Positions 20,060 to 29,697 of a DNA stretch of 64,000 bases are shown in pieces (the stretch's first letter is position 1; each line of letters starts with the position of its first letter). Position numbers and translations under genes: made by a program. This stretch comes from a virus: the IMG/VR virus record IMGVR_UViG_3300042371_001161, positions 55,749-119,748 of that record. One strand, 5' to 3'. A model generated the notes under the pieces. That model saw only the letters and a list, made by a program, of their open reading frames with translations. It made no database searches and had not been told where the DNA came from.

Positions 20060-20571
20060 AGTCAGTACTGGTTGGTCTCTTGAACGATAGTCGTGTCTAT
20101 TATGACCTAGATGCAAAGCCTGGACAAAAAGACGCAATAGTCGAACGTTCTGACGGCTCTGCATTGAAAGCTGACATCATTCACCTCTCGAGCACTGCTC
20201 GGAATTTTACAAAACTTCGCACTACCCCATTTCAGAGATTTATGTGGGACGCTCCCAAAAGACCAACATCTGGCGCATGGTATGAAACTTTTATAACCAA
20301 AACAAGACCAGTCAACGATTCATTACTTGAGTCAATGCCTTCGCATGCTGTTGTCGGCAAAAATAAGAAAAAGATTGACAAAACAAAACGTGCAGTCAAA
20401 TCATTTATCTCAGAAACCATTGAACAGAGAATGCTTACGAAGTCATGCTGCAATCAAATGGTAAAGTTAAATGCAAATAACTTTATTTTCAAAACCGCGG
20501 AAGAACGAGATTTCGCATGGCGGGCTACAAAAACACTTCGCCAACTAGAGGAGCAGCAAGATGTCGGATAA
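20056..20571 (+). CDS. Hypothetical protein, head module
   Basis: 171-aa ORF, GTG start overlaps the upstream stop (translational coupling). Confidence 0.65.
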   Translation: MKSVLVGLLNDSRVYYDLDAKPGQKDAIVERSDGSALKADIIHLSSTARNFTKLRTTPFQRFMWDAPKRPTSGAWYETFITKTRPVNDSLLESMPSHAVVGKNKKKIDKTKRAVKSFISETIEQRMLTKSCCNQMVKLNANNFIFKTAEERDFAWRATKTLRQLEEQQDVG

Positions 20572-21217
20572 CGAGCTAATTAAAGCGGACCCGCTTGGTG
20601 GCATGCTGCCGCAAGAGCTTGTTACTGGCGATGTCCTGCGTGGCTACGGCCCTCGGAGAGGCAACCTCGAGCGTCTTCTTAGGTACTGGCGTCCGATAAT
20701 GAAAAAGCCCGGTGGCTTCAGACGATGTAGGGTCATTCTCGCCAATCACCCCGAGCTATATCCGTTGAACAATATCTGCGCATGGCTGCACCATGAGACG
20801 ACTGGACTGTGGCCGAATGAAGGATGCCATCATCCAGGGATGAAAAATTGCCGCAAAAAATTTAGAAAACTCACCAATTGGACAGACTCTCAATTTGCAT
20901 CAGCGCTTGACGGGAAAAAACCCAAAAACATAATTCGGAATTCTGGGAAGAGCGCGGACTCGTCACTTAATTCAGATATTTTTTTCTACGAGCATTCAGA
21001 AATTGAGTCCAAAACAGAACAAAATTTCGTAGTTACCGAGTCTGACATAATGCATGCAATAAAAGTTTTAGGTGAATTTTCTGAAATGGAACCCAAATTT
21101 ATCAAATTTCTTCAAGATGAAAATAACTGGCAAATAGAAGGCGAAGATGAGAACGGCAAAAAGGCGTACTCTGTAGTTATTCGTACTGCGTCCCTGGAAG
21201 AGGAATGTTGTGGCTGA
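20561..21217 (+). CDS. Conserved phage head-associated hypothetical protein
   Basis: GNLERLLRYW...FRRC...CAWLHHETTGLWP motif, recalled from actinophage head-region proteins; overlaps both neighbours. Confidence 0.65.
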   Translation: MSDNELIKADPLGGMLPQELVTGDVLRGYGPRRGNLERLLRYWRPIMKKPGGFRRCRVILANHPELYPLNNICAWLHHETTGLWPNEGCHHPGMKNCRKKFRKLTNWTDSQFASALDGKKPKNIIRNSGKSADSSLNSDIFFYEHSEIESKTEQNFVVTESDIMHAIKVLGEFSEMEPKFIKFLQDENNWQIEGEDENGKKAYSVVIRTASLEEECCG

Positions 21218-23231
21218 TTTTCAGGAATGTTGTGGAGATGGTGAGGTTCTCGTAACTCGAGTTATTTTGTTTAATGCTGCCACGAAACAAAACTTAGACT
21301 ACATGCGTGGTGTAAAAGCATCCTCTCAGGGGGCGACAGAATATAAAGCCCTATCAAAGAGGTTCAATAACACTCGGCGAACCAAGCGAGACCCTTATTC
21401 AAATGAAATGCAATTCAAGGCTAATGCTGGTCGCCAAATTGCAAGCACAATTCGCAGCACCCTACTCCCTGGTGACACGGGCCCGTTGAGGTCTCCCGTC
21501 CGCTCTGCTTTTTATCGGACCATAACACCAGGACGACCTGGTGGTCGTGGCGGCTCTCTCCCTGGACAGAATAGGGCACACAGATGCCCAGAGGGCTACC
21601 AGTACGGCGGAAGGTTCACTGACAACCGCCTTTCTACATGCGGGGCAAAACTGTTTGGAATACCCTCTGCTTTAGGTGCTGCGATAAGTGCCGGGCGACG
21701 AGCATTGACTTCTGGAATAACCCCAGAAACAACAGGAAGGGACATAACTGGGGCACCGTACGACAGTTCAATCATCCTCTCCAGGGCTCCACAAATCCCT
21801 AAAGTTACGTACGACAATCCCAAAACAGCAGCGTCAAGACTGAATGATTCAATCAAGTCCATAGGCGCGTTTAACAAGGATTCTGGCATCAAGGTGCGCC
21901 GCATGGTGAGGCGTGACGGCTTCGTGCTTGAACCGGTAGTTCCAAACAAAGTTTTGAGAGCAATCCCAGACAACAGAGACATGGAGGGGGCATTATTTAT
22001 AATGTCAGCGCTTTCACCAAAGGATATTGGCGGCGAAGAGCTTGGTCTTCTGTCAAATACTGGTGTTAAGTCCTTGGTCTATGTTCTCCCCGGGGGCTCA
22101 TATCTGAGATTAGAAAAAGCTAGGAAATTGGAAATTGGAGAGCGAAGAAAACTAGGACGCGTCGTCAATCAGGCCATGGCTATGGATAATTCGCGCGACC
22201 CAGCCAAAAGACTACGCAATGTTGCCGAAGAGATAGGGGACGGTCTCAAATATTCCGAATCTTTTACTGGTGTCAAAAACCCCAATGAAGTCATAAAGGG
22301 GAGAATGAGCTGGGCGTCTCAGGTCTGGGGCAAGAGACTTTCGTCGATGACCGAGTCTTCGTCCGTAAGAAATACCGAATCATTTGGACCACGACGCAAA
22401 CTCATAAAAAGCGTGGATGAAGCTATTCAATTTATTGTTGATGGGGGAAGCCTTTCTTCGGTTGACCCCTCAATCATGCCTAAGATACTCGCAAAAGCTG
22501 GAGTAGTACAAAGACAGAGATTGGCCAACAACATCAGCGCCGTATCCACCCCGTCAGAAAGTCTTTTTCTTTACGAAAAGCCATCCAAGTTTCAGCATAT
22601 TGCCGAAAGATTCGCATCAGATGTACAGCAGACCCTCGGGCTGGAATCTCCAGACGTCGTCTTTGCATCAAAACCAGGCGATTCACGTCAGTTCTTGAGA
22701 CAAGAGGTGACTGCAGCAATACCTGGAGCCGTCTTCAATCCTGATGCAAAGTTTAACGAACTTGACCCTCAGGACGTGGCCGCAATGCTTGTGTCGGATT
22801 TCCTCACCGACCAGCGCGAACGTCCGATGACGTCTATATACACGCTAGATACCCCTGACGCTCGAAGGCTCGTACTGGGGCAAAACTCCACATCCGGATT
22901 AATAGACTTGTCTAAAATTGAAATTACGAATCGCATGAAAATGACGCTCAGCGAATTTTATAGTTCACAAGCAACTCCGGCATATTCCGATTATTACCAA
23001 GCACTAAAAGCCGAACAAAGATTGTTGTTTATGAAATATCTAAACATCCTAATAAATAGAGCAAGGAAATTCAATCCTAAAAATTTCAACAACTCGATGA
23101 ATCAATATGGTATTTCCGAAGGAGAAAGAATACATATGAATATCATTGGGAAGCTATTCGAAGTACGCCTTGAAGGTTTGCAAAGTGGTAAAAACAGCCT
23201 AAAACTACTGTTCTCTGGAGGCAATGTATGA
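21210..23231 (+). CDS. Head-associated protein with RCPxG Cys motif and a degenerate HipA/PI3-4 kinase-like C-terminal domain
   Basis: RCPEGYQYGGRFTDNRLSTC; HIAERFASDVQQTLGLESPDV and DFLTDQRERPMTSI resemble kinase-fold motifs E.LA..L...LGL..P and D.L..N.DRH..N. Confidence 0.6.
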   Translation: MADFQECCGDGEVLVTRVILFNAATKQNLDYMRGVKASSQGATEYKALSKRFNNTRRTKRDPYSNEMQFKANAGRQIASTIRSTLLPGDTGPLRSPVRSAFYRTITPGRPGGRGGSLPGQNRAHRCPEGYQYGGRFTDNRLSTCGAKLFGIPSALGAAISAGRRALTSGITPETTGRDITGAPYDSSIILSRAPQIPKVTYDNPKTAASRLNDSIKSIGAFNKDSGIKVRRMVRRDGFVLEPVVPNKVLRAIPDNRDMEGALFIMSALSPKDIGGEELGLLSNTGVKSLVYVLPGGSYLRLEKARKLEIGERRKLGRVVNQAMAMDNSRDPAKRLRNVAEEIGDGLKYSESFTGVKNPNEVIKGRMSWASQVWGKRLSSMTESSSVRNTESFGPRRKLIKSVDEAIQFIVDGGSLSSVDPSIMPKILAKAGVVQRQRLANNISAVSTPSESLFLYEKPSKFQHIAERFASDVQQTLGLESPDVVFASKPGDSRQFLRQEVTAAIPGAVFNPDAKFNELDPQDVAAMLVSDFLTDQRERPMTSIYTLDTPDARRLVLGQNSTSGLIDLSKIEITNRMKMTLSEFYSSQATPAYSDYYQALKAEQRLLFMKYLNILINRARKFNPKNFNNSMNQYGISEGERIHMNIIGKLFEVRLEGLQSGKNSLKLLFSGGNV

Positions 23232-23920
23232 AAATTGGTTTCATAAAAGACGTATTTAGTGGAATGCCGCACGTTATGGCATCGATGGAAAATGAAGTTA
23301 TTCACGTAAAATCGATTACTGAATTTGGTAAATCAATTATTGAAGATTTTGATTTTGATGAAAAAAACATTGGTGCAAACGTGCCTGTTGGTTGCGTTTT
23401 TACTGGATTTTTTGCTGACAAAAATAATCTCCAAGTGCCAGAAAAAGAAAACCAGGTTAAGCAAGAAAATTTTACATATGCCAGAAAATCAATAAATGAC
23501 ATATCGCATCGAAAAATTAATGCGATTGGACTAGAAATGAATAAGTTCACAAACAGCACTAATAAAATTAATGCTATTGCATTCAAAGCTGAATCATTCA
23601 AGAATTCTGTGCGCAGGTCTAACTTCATCCGAAGAATACATAGCGGGAAGATAATTTTTAACGAAAAAATGGGGCGGATTGAACTAAATCCAAAGTTTGC
23701 CTTTAGCAGTATCGAGAAAGAAGTTCTTAATTCTTCTTTCGGTAAGAGTTTCATTAGAAAATCAGCCGATAAAGAAATAATGCAAAGTAGCGATAAGCGT
23801 AGAGTCGCACGCAGGGCAAAGGTCCTTCTTGGGCTAGTAGGCGGAGAACGTTCTCCTGAAAAACAACAAATTTCAGAACGAATAAACAAGGCTCGTAGGC
23901 AGGTCAAAAATGGCAAGTAA
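23228..23920 (+). CDS. Hypothetical protein
   Basis: 230-aa ORF with ATGA overlap with the upstream gene, same strand as the operon. Confidence 0.6.
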   Translation: MKIGFIKDVFSGMPHVMASMENEVIHVKSITEFGKSIIEDFDFDEKNIGANVPVGCVFTGFFADKNNLQVPEKENQVKQENFTYARKSINDISHRKINAIGLEMNKFTNSTNKINAIAFKAESFKNSVRRSNFIRRIHSGKIIFNEKMGRIELNPKFAFSSIEKEVLNSSFGKSFIRKSADKEIMQSSDKRRVARRAKVLLGLVGGERSPEKQQISERINKARRQVKNGK

Positions 23921-24572
23921 AAAAGATTTGGTAAAAAAAGCCGATGCTCTACGTCTAGCCAAAGATATTGGCTGTTCTGGTGCCCACAAGGACCGCAAAG
24001 GAAATTGGATACCTTGTGAATCAATAGAGGAACTAGAAAGAATATCCAATACTGCCGAAACATCAAAATGGCGAACCGTGGTTCCTGGTTCAAAATCATC
24101 AAAGGAACGTACCAAGGGGAAAAATAAACGCCGGCCTGACGGCTGGGAAAACCTAAGAGAAAAGCCAATTCGTGGCATTGAGTCACTCTCTGGCGTGGGG
24201 CTCGTTTCAGGCTCTTCATTTAATTCAAAATCACTTAACTGCTGTGGCACGAAAGGGACCGGACCTGAATTCGTACGCGACAATGATGTCGATGTGTTCT
24301 TGGATGCAGACTCAGCGAGGGCTCGTTCCCGTCAAATCGGATGCATAGGTATTAGTAGGCGAATAAGCAAGTCTGGGCGCACGGTTTGGATGCCATGTAC
24401 CAATATGAGCGATTATTCAAACAGGACTGGTTCTACTGATTTAGGGCGCAGAAACATGCGGAATCGTCGCGAAGAAGAGACGCGACGTGCAGTAAGAACA
24501 GTTCTAAGAGAGACTTCTAAGCCAACTGTAGCGAGAAAAAGTTCGCTAGCAAAAGAACTACGTATTAAATAA
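23910..24572 (+). CDS. Basic head-associated protein with two GCxG...W-x-PC repeats
   Basis: LAKDIGCSGAH...WIPC and RSRQIGCIGIS...WMPC. Confidence 0.65.
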   Translation: MASKKDLVKKADALRLAKDIGCSGAHKDRKGNWIPCESIEELERISNTAETSKWRTVVPGSKSSKERTKGKNKRRPDGWENLREKPIRGIESLSGVGLVSGSSFNSKSLNCCGTKGTGPEFVRDNDVDVFLDADSARARSRQIGCIGISRRISKSGRTVWMPCTNMSDYSNRTGSTDLGRRNMRNRREEETRRAVRTVLRETSKPTVARKSSLAKELRIK

Positions 24573-24612
24573 TACTTCATCTATTTACGTACTTTAATTG
24601 CAAAATATTATT

Positions 24613-24648
24613 AGTTCCACTGGAGAGTGTAAATCATCTGTTATTTTT
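24613..24648 (+). promoter_or_regulatory. Candidate late-gene regulatory motif, copy 2
   Basis: AGTTCCACTGGAGAG..TAAATC..TGTTATTTTT upstream of MCP, similar to 893-930; followed by an (AAC)n tract and RBS AGAGGAG. Confidence 0.35.
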
Positions 24649-24736
24649 GATTATACATAGTGCTGGGTGCTGACCTAAGCCTAGATAAACAACAACAACA
24701 ACAACCCAACACTCAATCTCAACAGAGGAGAAACAA

Positions 24737-26086
24737 ATGTCGCAAGACAATTCCCGTACCGAGGAGCTTCAATCAGCCCTCCGTCAGAAGATGGCAGACA
24801 ACAAGACCATCGCTGACTCATTCAAGGTAGAAGACGGCACAGTAGTCGTCACTACGGAACAGAAGACCGCGTTCGACAAGAACATGCGAGACATCAAGGA
24901 AATCAAGTCGCTTCTTAGTGACCTTGATACCATGAAGTCAGTCGACCAGTGGGGCTCACAGCCTGCAGGCGAATCAGCCGCAGCAATGTACGCTGCCGCT
25001 GCCGCAGACCTCAGTCACTTGTCTTCACGTGAAATCAAGAGCATCGGTCAGCTATTTCTTGATTCTCCGGAATTCAAGGCACTCAATGGTGGTCGCAATG
25101 GCGCAAACATGGTTGCCCCATGGACCGTCGCTGCTTCACTGACGACCCAAGGAATGTACAACGTCAAGGATGTCTTCTCGGCAACCCCGACCGGCACCCC
25201 TGGTTCGTTTGGAACGATTCAGCGTGACCCGATGGTGACCCCGCCGACCCGCACAAAGCGCGTTCGCGACTTGTTCCCGGCCCGTAAGACCAATGCTGCT
25301 GTTATCGAATACTTCCGTCAGTTGGGTTTCACGACCCTACAGACGGGCCATGGTACGAACAGCGCCTCATCGGTTGCTGAGCGAAATAGCGGCAACACCG
25401 CCTTTGGCCTCAAGCCACAGTCGTCGTTCGCCTTCGTTGGTGAGCAAGCCCCAATTCGCACACTCGCACACTGGGAAGCTGCACACCGCAACGTTCTGTC
25501 GGACGAGCCGCAATTGCGTTCAATCATCGACAACGAACTCATGTACGGTCTCCGTCTCCTTGAGGATAATCAAATCCTCAATGGTGATGGCGTCGGCGAG
25601 AACTTGCTTGGTGTTTTGAATACCCCCAACATCCAGCAATACGCCTGGTCAGATGGAGAAAACTCCCCGGTCGCAGATACAAAGGCCGATGCACTTCGTC
25701 GCGCCGCAACTCTCTCGTTCCTTGCTTACTACGAGCCATCTGGCGTCGTACTGCACCCGAACGACTGGGAAGACATCGAATTGACCAAGGATGCCAATGG
25801 CCAGTACCTCATCGCAGTTTCGGTTGCAATGGGTGGCGAGCCACGCGTCTGGAGAATGCCGGTAATTGATACCCCAGCAATGACCGCTGGCAAGGCCCTT
25901 GTCGGAGCATTCGGTACAGGAGCACAGTTGTACGACCGCGAAGAGGCGAGCATTCGTATCTCTGAGCAGCACTCGGACTTCTTCATCCGTAACGCAATCG
26001 TGATTCTCGCCGAGCAGCGTTTAGCTCTCGCAGTGAAGCGTCCCGAAGCGTTCGTTGAGGTTACCTTCGACAACGAGCCAGCCTGA
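24737..26086 (+). CDS. Major capsid protein, HK97 fold
   Basis: Strong RBS; N-terminal coiled-coil delta-like domain; VRDLFP, EQAPIRTLAHW, QILNGDGVGENLLG, VVLHPNDW..IELTKDANGQYL, RNAIVILAEQRLALAVKRPEAF. Confidence 0.95.
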   Translation: MSQDNSRTEELQSALRQKMADNKTIADSFKVEDGTVVVTTEQKTAFDKNMRDIKEIKSLLSDLDTMKSVDQWGSQPAGESAAAMYAAAAADLSHLSSREIKSIGQLFLDSPEFKALNGGRNGANMVAPWTVAASLTTQGMYNVKDVFSATPTGTPGSFGTIQRDPMVTPPTRTKRVRDLFPARKTNAAVIEYFRQLGFTTLQTGHGTNSASSVAERNSGNTAFGLKPQSSFAFVGEQAPIRTLAHWEAAHRNVLSDEPQLRSIIDNELMYGLRLLEDNQILNGDGVGENLLGVLNTPNIQQYAWSDGENSPVADTKADALRRAATLSFLAYYEPSGVVLHPNDWEDIELTKDANGQYLIAVSVAMGGEPRVWRMPVIDTPAMTAGKALVGAFGTGAQLYDREEASIRISEQHSDFFIRNAIVILAEQRLALAVKRPEAFVEVTFDNEPA

Positions 26087-26103
26087 TAACTTCTAGCTCT
26101 TAA

Positions 26104-26158
26104 GGGTTCCCCCCGGAAGTAGCCGCTTAAATGTGGTGAAACCGGGGGGTTTCCTTTA
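26104..26158 (+). terminator. Probable intrinsic terminator after MCP
   Basis: CCCCCCGG (26109-26116) and CCGGGGGG (26142-26149) form an inverted repeat followed by TTTCCTTT. Confidence 0.65.
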
Positions 26159-26184
26159 TATCGACACATTTATGTGGGAAGATT

Positions 26185-27006
26185 GTGTATATGACAAACC
26201 CTATTGACGAAACCCAGAAGCTTTATGAAGAGCTACAGGCAATATCTGACCAAATTGAATCAGAAATAGTCCTTGAGCAAATTACCGAGCAATCCATAAT
26301 CGAACTCAAGCGCCTTGAAATGCAACCCATGTTCGACGAGTACTATGGTTCCTCTGTCTTCAGTAAGATGATTGAAAAGAGCGTCAGCAAGCCTGTCTAT
26401 CGTGACCCTAAGGGTGGACTGACCGCAGCCGGACGAGCGTATTTCCGCAGAAAAGAAGGGGCCAACCTTAAGCCGGGGGTAATGGGTGCTGCGAATACCC
26501 CAGAGAAAATGAGAAGAAAAGGCTCCTTTCTAACTAGATTTTTTACGAACCCCTCTGGACCCATGAAAGATGAAAAGGGAAGAGCAACAAGACTCGCGTT
26601 GTCCGCTGCCGCATGGGGAGAGCCAGTGCCACAAAACGTGGATGATGCCAAAAAGCTCGCAGCTAAGGGACGCCGCATGCTCCAGCGTTATCAAAAAACA
26701 AAAGATAAAACAAAATCATATTCCGAGTTCGATATCTTCAACAAAAATGCGTCTGAAAATTACTACTCAAATCTTGATTCAGAAGAAATGAAAGGCGTTT
26801 GCCCAACAGGTGGGATTTTTGATTATTCTGACATTGACGCAGACGGCGAACTGTCTCTCAGGATTGCGGCAAGACGTGAACTAGCGAGCTTGGTCCCATC
26901 CCTCAAGTCCTCTATGTCGTATATTCCGTCAGACGCAGACAAGGCCAAGAGAATTGCTAGTGCCTCAAAAATGATGCGAAAGCGGAGAAAGCAAAAAAAT
27001 GGCTGA
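26185..27006 (+). CDS. DUF6321-like phage protein
   Basis: DPKGGLTAAGRAYF...GANLKPGV...RRKGSFLTRF...GPMKDEKGRATRLALSAAAWG. Confidence 0.7.
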   Translation: MYMTNPIDETQKLYEELQAISDQIESEIVLEQITEQSIIELKRLEMQPMFDEYYGSSVFSKMIEKSVSKPVYRDPKGGLTAAGRAYFRRKEGANLKPGVMGAANTPEKMRRKGSFLTRFFTNPSGPMKDEKGRATRLALSAAAWGEPVPQNVDDAKKLAAKGRRMLQRYQKTKDKTKSYSEFDIFNKNASENYYSNLDSEEMKGVCPTGGIFDYSDIDADGELSLRIAARRELASLVPSLKSSMSYIPSDADKAKRIASASKMMRKRRKQKNG

Positions 27007-27397
27007 ACAATTTTGGTATGCAGCAAAAGTTATTAAGGTGGTTGATGGGGACACGCTTGATGTTCTCATTGACCTCGGCTTCAATATTCATCATAAGGTA
27101 AGAGTTCGGCTCTACGGACTCAACACCCCCGAGTCAAGAACTAAGGATTTGGGAGAAAAAGAGATGGGACTAAAAGCCAAATCTTTCACTCAAGACTGGA
27201 CCACTAGGCATCAAGTAGTTTTTCTTAAAACAATCGCAGGAAAAGATGACAAATACGGCAGAGTTCTTGCACAGATTTATTCAGACAAGGACATAAAGTC
27301 AGAAAAAACAGCTTGTCTCAACCTTGACATTGTATCTGCGGGTTATGCTCGCGAATATTTTGGTGTGGGCGACAAGACATGGGAGGAATTCAAGTGA
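26999..27397 (+). CDS. Thermonuclease (staphylococcal nuclease) family protein
   Basis: KVVDGDTLDV, RVRLYGLNTPES, DKYGRVLA. Confidence 0.9.
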   Translation: MAEQFWYAAKVIKVVDGDTLDVLIDLGFNIHHKVRVRLYGLNTPESRTKDLGEKEMGLKAKSFTQDWTTRHQVVFLKTIAGKDDKYGRVLAQIYSDKDIKSEKTACLNLDIVSAGYAREYFGVGDKTWEEFK

Positions 27398-27852
27398 GCG
27401 ACAATACGTGGGCTTCTTATAATGGGCCAATCAAGGGTATTCGCATAGAGGAAAAAGCAGACGATTCCGCCAAATGCCCGACAGCAACAAAGGACATTTC
27501 TGTAAATCTTCAAAATCGTAAAAAGGCAATTGCCGTTGCTGATTATGGTCCACTTAATCCAGGAGAGGAAAATGAAGAGTTCTGGTCAAAGCTTGCCAAT
27601 GAGTGGGAAGTAAGTGCTGAAGAGGCCAAAAAGCAAAAATGTGGTAACTGCTCCGTATTTATTGTTACCCCGCAAATGAAGTCATGCATACAGGGCGGGC
27701 TCGTTGGGGAAGAAAAAAAAGATGAATGGGAAGCAATAGACAAAGCCGGCGAACTAGGCTACTGCGAAGCGTTTGATTTTAAGTGTGCATCCAAGAGAAC
27801 TTGCCGCGCATGGGTTGCTGGCGGACCGATAACTAGCGTCAAGCAAGACTGA
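27394..27852 (+). CDS. Cys-rich conserved phage hypothetical protein
   Basis: GTG start with RBS GGGAGG; CPTAT...YGPLNP...KCGNC...GYCEAFDFKCASKRTCRAW. Confidence 0.7.
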   Translation: MSDNTWASYNGPIKGIRIEEKADDSAKCPTATKDISVNLQNRKKAIAVADYGPLNPGEENEEFWSKLANEWEVSAEEAKKQKCGNCSVFIVTPQMKSCIQGGLVGEEKKDEWEAIDKAGELGYCEAFDFKCASKRTCRAWVAGGPITSVKQD

Positions 27853-27887
27853 ATCGACCATGAACAATATAAGTAGAGGAAAATAAA

Positions 27888-28595
27888 ATGGCAGCACAAA
27901 AAGGTATTGGAGTTGTTTTTCATTGTTCAGACTGTGACCCCTATGAGGTGAGGTCTTACGGCTGGGGTGGTGAATGGCCAGGTTCGGACTGCGGTTATCA
28001 CGCACTTACCGAAAACGCCAGAAGGTACATTCACGCTCATCCCGAAGAGAACCACACGTTTGAAGACATGGTTGCCTTGGAGGTGGGAGACGAAGTATTA
28101 CCAGTACTCATTGATTTGGGAAATCAAATACAATCAGGCTATGAAGTAGTAAAAGATGGCGTAGTAGACGCATACGAATGGTTGGATAAGAACGCCTGCA
28201 ACATAGCGGTGACTGCAGCAATCTCGGCCGGGGTTGTTGCCTATTTTACGCCAGCACAGCCCGCAGGAGCGGCAACATCAACCTCTCTATCAATTATGGC
28301 ACAGCCGCTTCTTTATGTTGCAGATATGGCAACTAAGGCTGTAATAGTAACGGCAATGAGTGAAATCATAACGGAAGGATTTCTGCTAATACCATTCGTT
28401 AGCGAGAGCATTGACCACACACTATTGAAAAACATAATCTCAAACTGTTTAGCCAAAAGTTTAGATTCAGCAGCACTGTGGGCAACGCCAGCGGGTGTTG
28501 GCATTGCAATCGGAGCAGCGGTTGCGCCTGTTATTGCAGATTTGATATGTACAAAAACCTGTCCTGAGGGATTTACCAAAGCGTTTAACGGGTAA
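27888..28595 (+). CDS. Hypothetical protein with hydrophobic helices
   Basis: RBS AGAGGA; 235 aa; several Ala/Ile/Val-rich segments in the C-terminal half. Confidence 0.6.
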   Translation: MAAQKGIGVVFHCSDCDPYEVRSYGWGGEWPGSDCGYHALTENARRYIHAHPEENHTFEDMVALEVGDEVLPVLIDLGNQIQSGYEVVKDGVVDAYEWLDKNACNIAVTAAISAGVVAYFTPAQPAGAATSTSLSIMAQPLLYVADMATKAVIVTAMSEIITEGFLLIPFVSESIDHTLLKNIISNCLAKSLDSAALWATPAGVGIAIGAAVAPVIADLICTKTCPEGFTKAFNG

Positions 28596-28616
28596 AGAAG
28601 AATGCAGGACAAATAA

Positions 28617-28742
28617 GTGAAAAAGAAAATAACTAACGTCATAAACTGGATGGCAGCGATTGTTTCCACCATTGTCGTAGCAAGAATGGCTATCAAAATT
28701 AAAAAAGCAGCGGGTCACCCCAACCCTGAAATGTGGGAATGA
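28617..28742 (+). CDS. Small membrane peptide (41 aa)
   Basis: Translated by hand: MKKKITNVINWMAAIVSTIVVARMAIKIKKAAGHPNPEMWE; below the ORF-track cutoff. Confidence 0.35.
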   Translation: MKKKITNVINWMAAIVSTIVVARMAIKIKKAAGHPNPEMWE

Positions 28743-29098
28743 ATTGTGTGCTCGGCGCACGAAACGTAACGCCTGCCAGATTCTTCCTCTTTGCGGGCGT
28801 ATCCCTGTTCCCCACATCTTTCACATATAGTAAAAGAACTTTCTTCAATAGCAATAATCAATGAATTCACTTTCATGTAGCTATCCATGTCTGTGAGATT
28901 AAAATAAAACCGCAATCCACCCATCTTTTCTTTGACCTGTGCGATTGTGTAGTTTGGGTCTTGTGCGAATAAAATATCATCGCATTCCCTTATTAGGTTC
29001 GCCCAACCATACCCGCAGTCAATCGTTGCCGGTATCCCGTCAGCAAAACGGTCAAGGATGTTTTGAAAATCAGGGTCTGAGCCTATGTTGGTGTCCAT
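28715..29098 (-). CDS. Conserved phage hypothetical protein
   Basis: GWANLI...QVKEKMGGLRFY...ICERCG motif. Confidence 0.7.
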   Translation of the reverse strand: MDTNIGSDPDFQNILDRFADGIPATIDCGYGWANLIRECDDILFAQDPNYTIAQVKEKMGGLRFYFNLTDMDSYMKVNSLIIAIEESSFTICERCGEQGYARKEEESGRRYVSCAEHTIHSHISGLG

Positions 29099-29121
29099 AA
29101 TTAAATCCTATACTCACGTTG

Positions 29122-29194
29122 CGCGCCGGGCAGGATTCGAACCTGCAATCGACAGATTAGAAGTCTGTTGCCTTATCCCTTGGGCCACCGACGC
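29122..29194 (-). tRNA. tRNA-Arg (anticodon TCT)
   Basis: Reverse complement GCGTCGG...ACAGA CT TCT AA TCTGT...GCAGG TTCGAAT CCTGC CCGGCGC G; acceptor, anticodon and T stems pair; CCA not encoded. Confidence 0.92.
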
Positions 29195-29697
29195 TAGGGG
29201 TTTTGCTTGTTTTTTCTAGCATGATACAGATTTCTTTGCCGTTCATTTTGCTTCTCTTTGTTTTTTAGACGGTACTCGCGCTTGCATTCTTTACAAACTC
29301 TGTATTCTTTACCAATTTGTCTGCCTTGCTTCTTTACATAGACAAGAGGTTCAAACTCTTCAAAAGAGTGACCCTTCTTGCAGCCATCTTTCTTCCTATT
29401 AGAAGTTCCTTGTCTGTTTTTGTTAAACATGTCCCTTGAGTTGGCAGAATAGGTGTCGGCCCACAGGTGCTCTGGATTGACACATGCCGGAACATCGCAG
29501 GTATGACAGATTATTAAACCATCAGGGATTTCACCCTTATGGATGATATAAGAATAATGGTGGGCCGAGGTTGTCTTGCGGTTTACCGCGAAAGAACCAT
29601 ACCCGCGAGAGTTTGGCGCTCCAGTCCATAACCAACAGGAATCAGTCTTGTTTACCTTTTGGAAAAAACGTTCTTCGAGGGACATGTTTTTAGGCAT
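29194..29697 (-). CDS. HNH homing endonuclease
   Basis: CWLWTGA...GYG...AHHYSY...ICHTCDVPACVNPEHL, plus a C-terminal CKKGH...CKEC Zn motif. Confidence 0.9.
   Translation of the reverse strand: MPKNMSLEERFFQKVNKTDSCWLWTGAPNSRGYGSFAVNRKTTSAHHYSYIIHKGEIPDGLIICHTCDVPACVNPEHLWADTYSANSRDMFNKNRQGTSNRKKDGCKKGHSFEEFEPLVYVKKQGRQIGKEYRVCKECKREYRLKNKEKQNERQRNLYHARKNKQNP

Noticed and set aside
23302-24219. 305-aa minus-strand ORF in the head operon
   Set aside because: Antisense to two coupled plus-strand genes; no recognisable features.
25018-25045. HLSSREIK in the MCP as an LSSG site
   Set aside because: Fourth residue is Arg; the adjacent EIK/S is better explained as an HK97-type maturation site.
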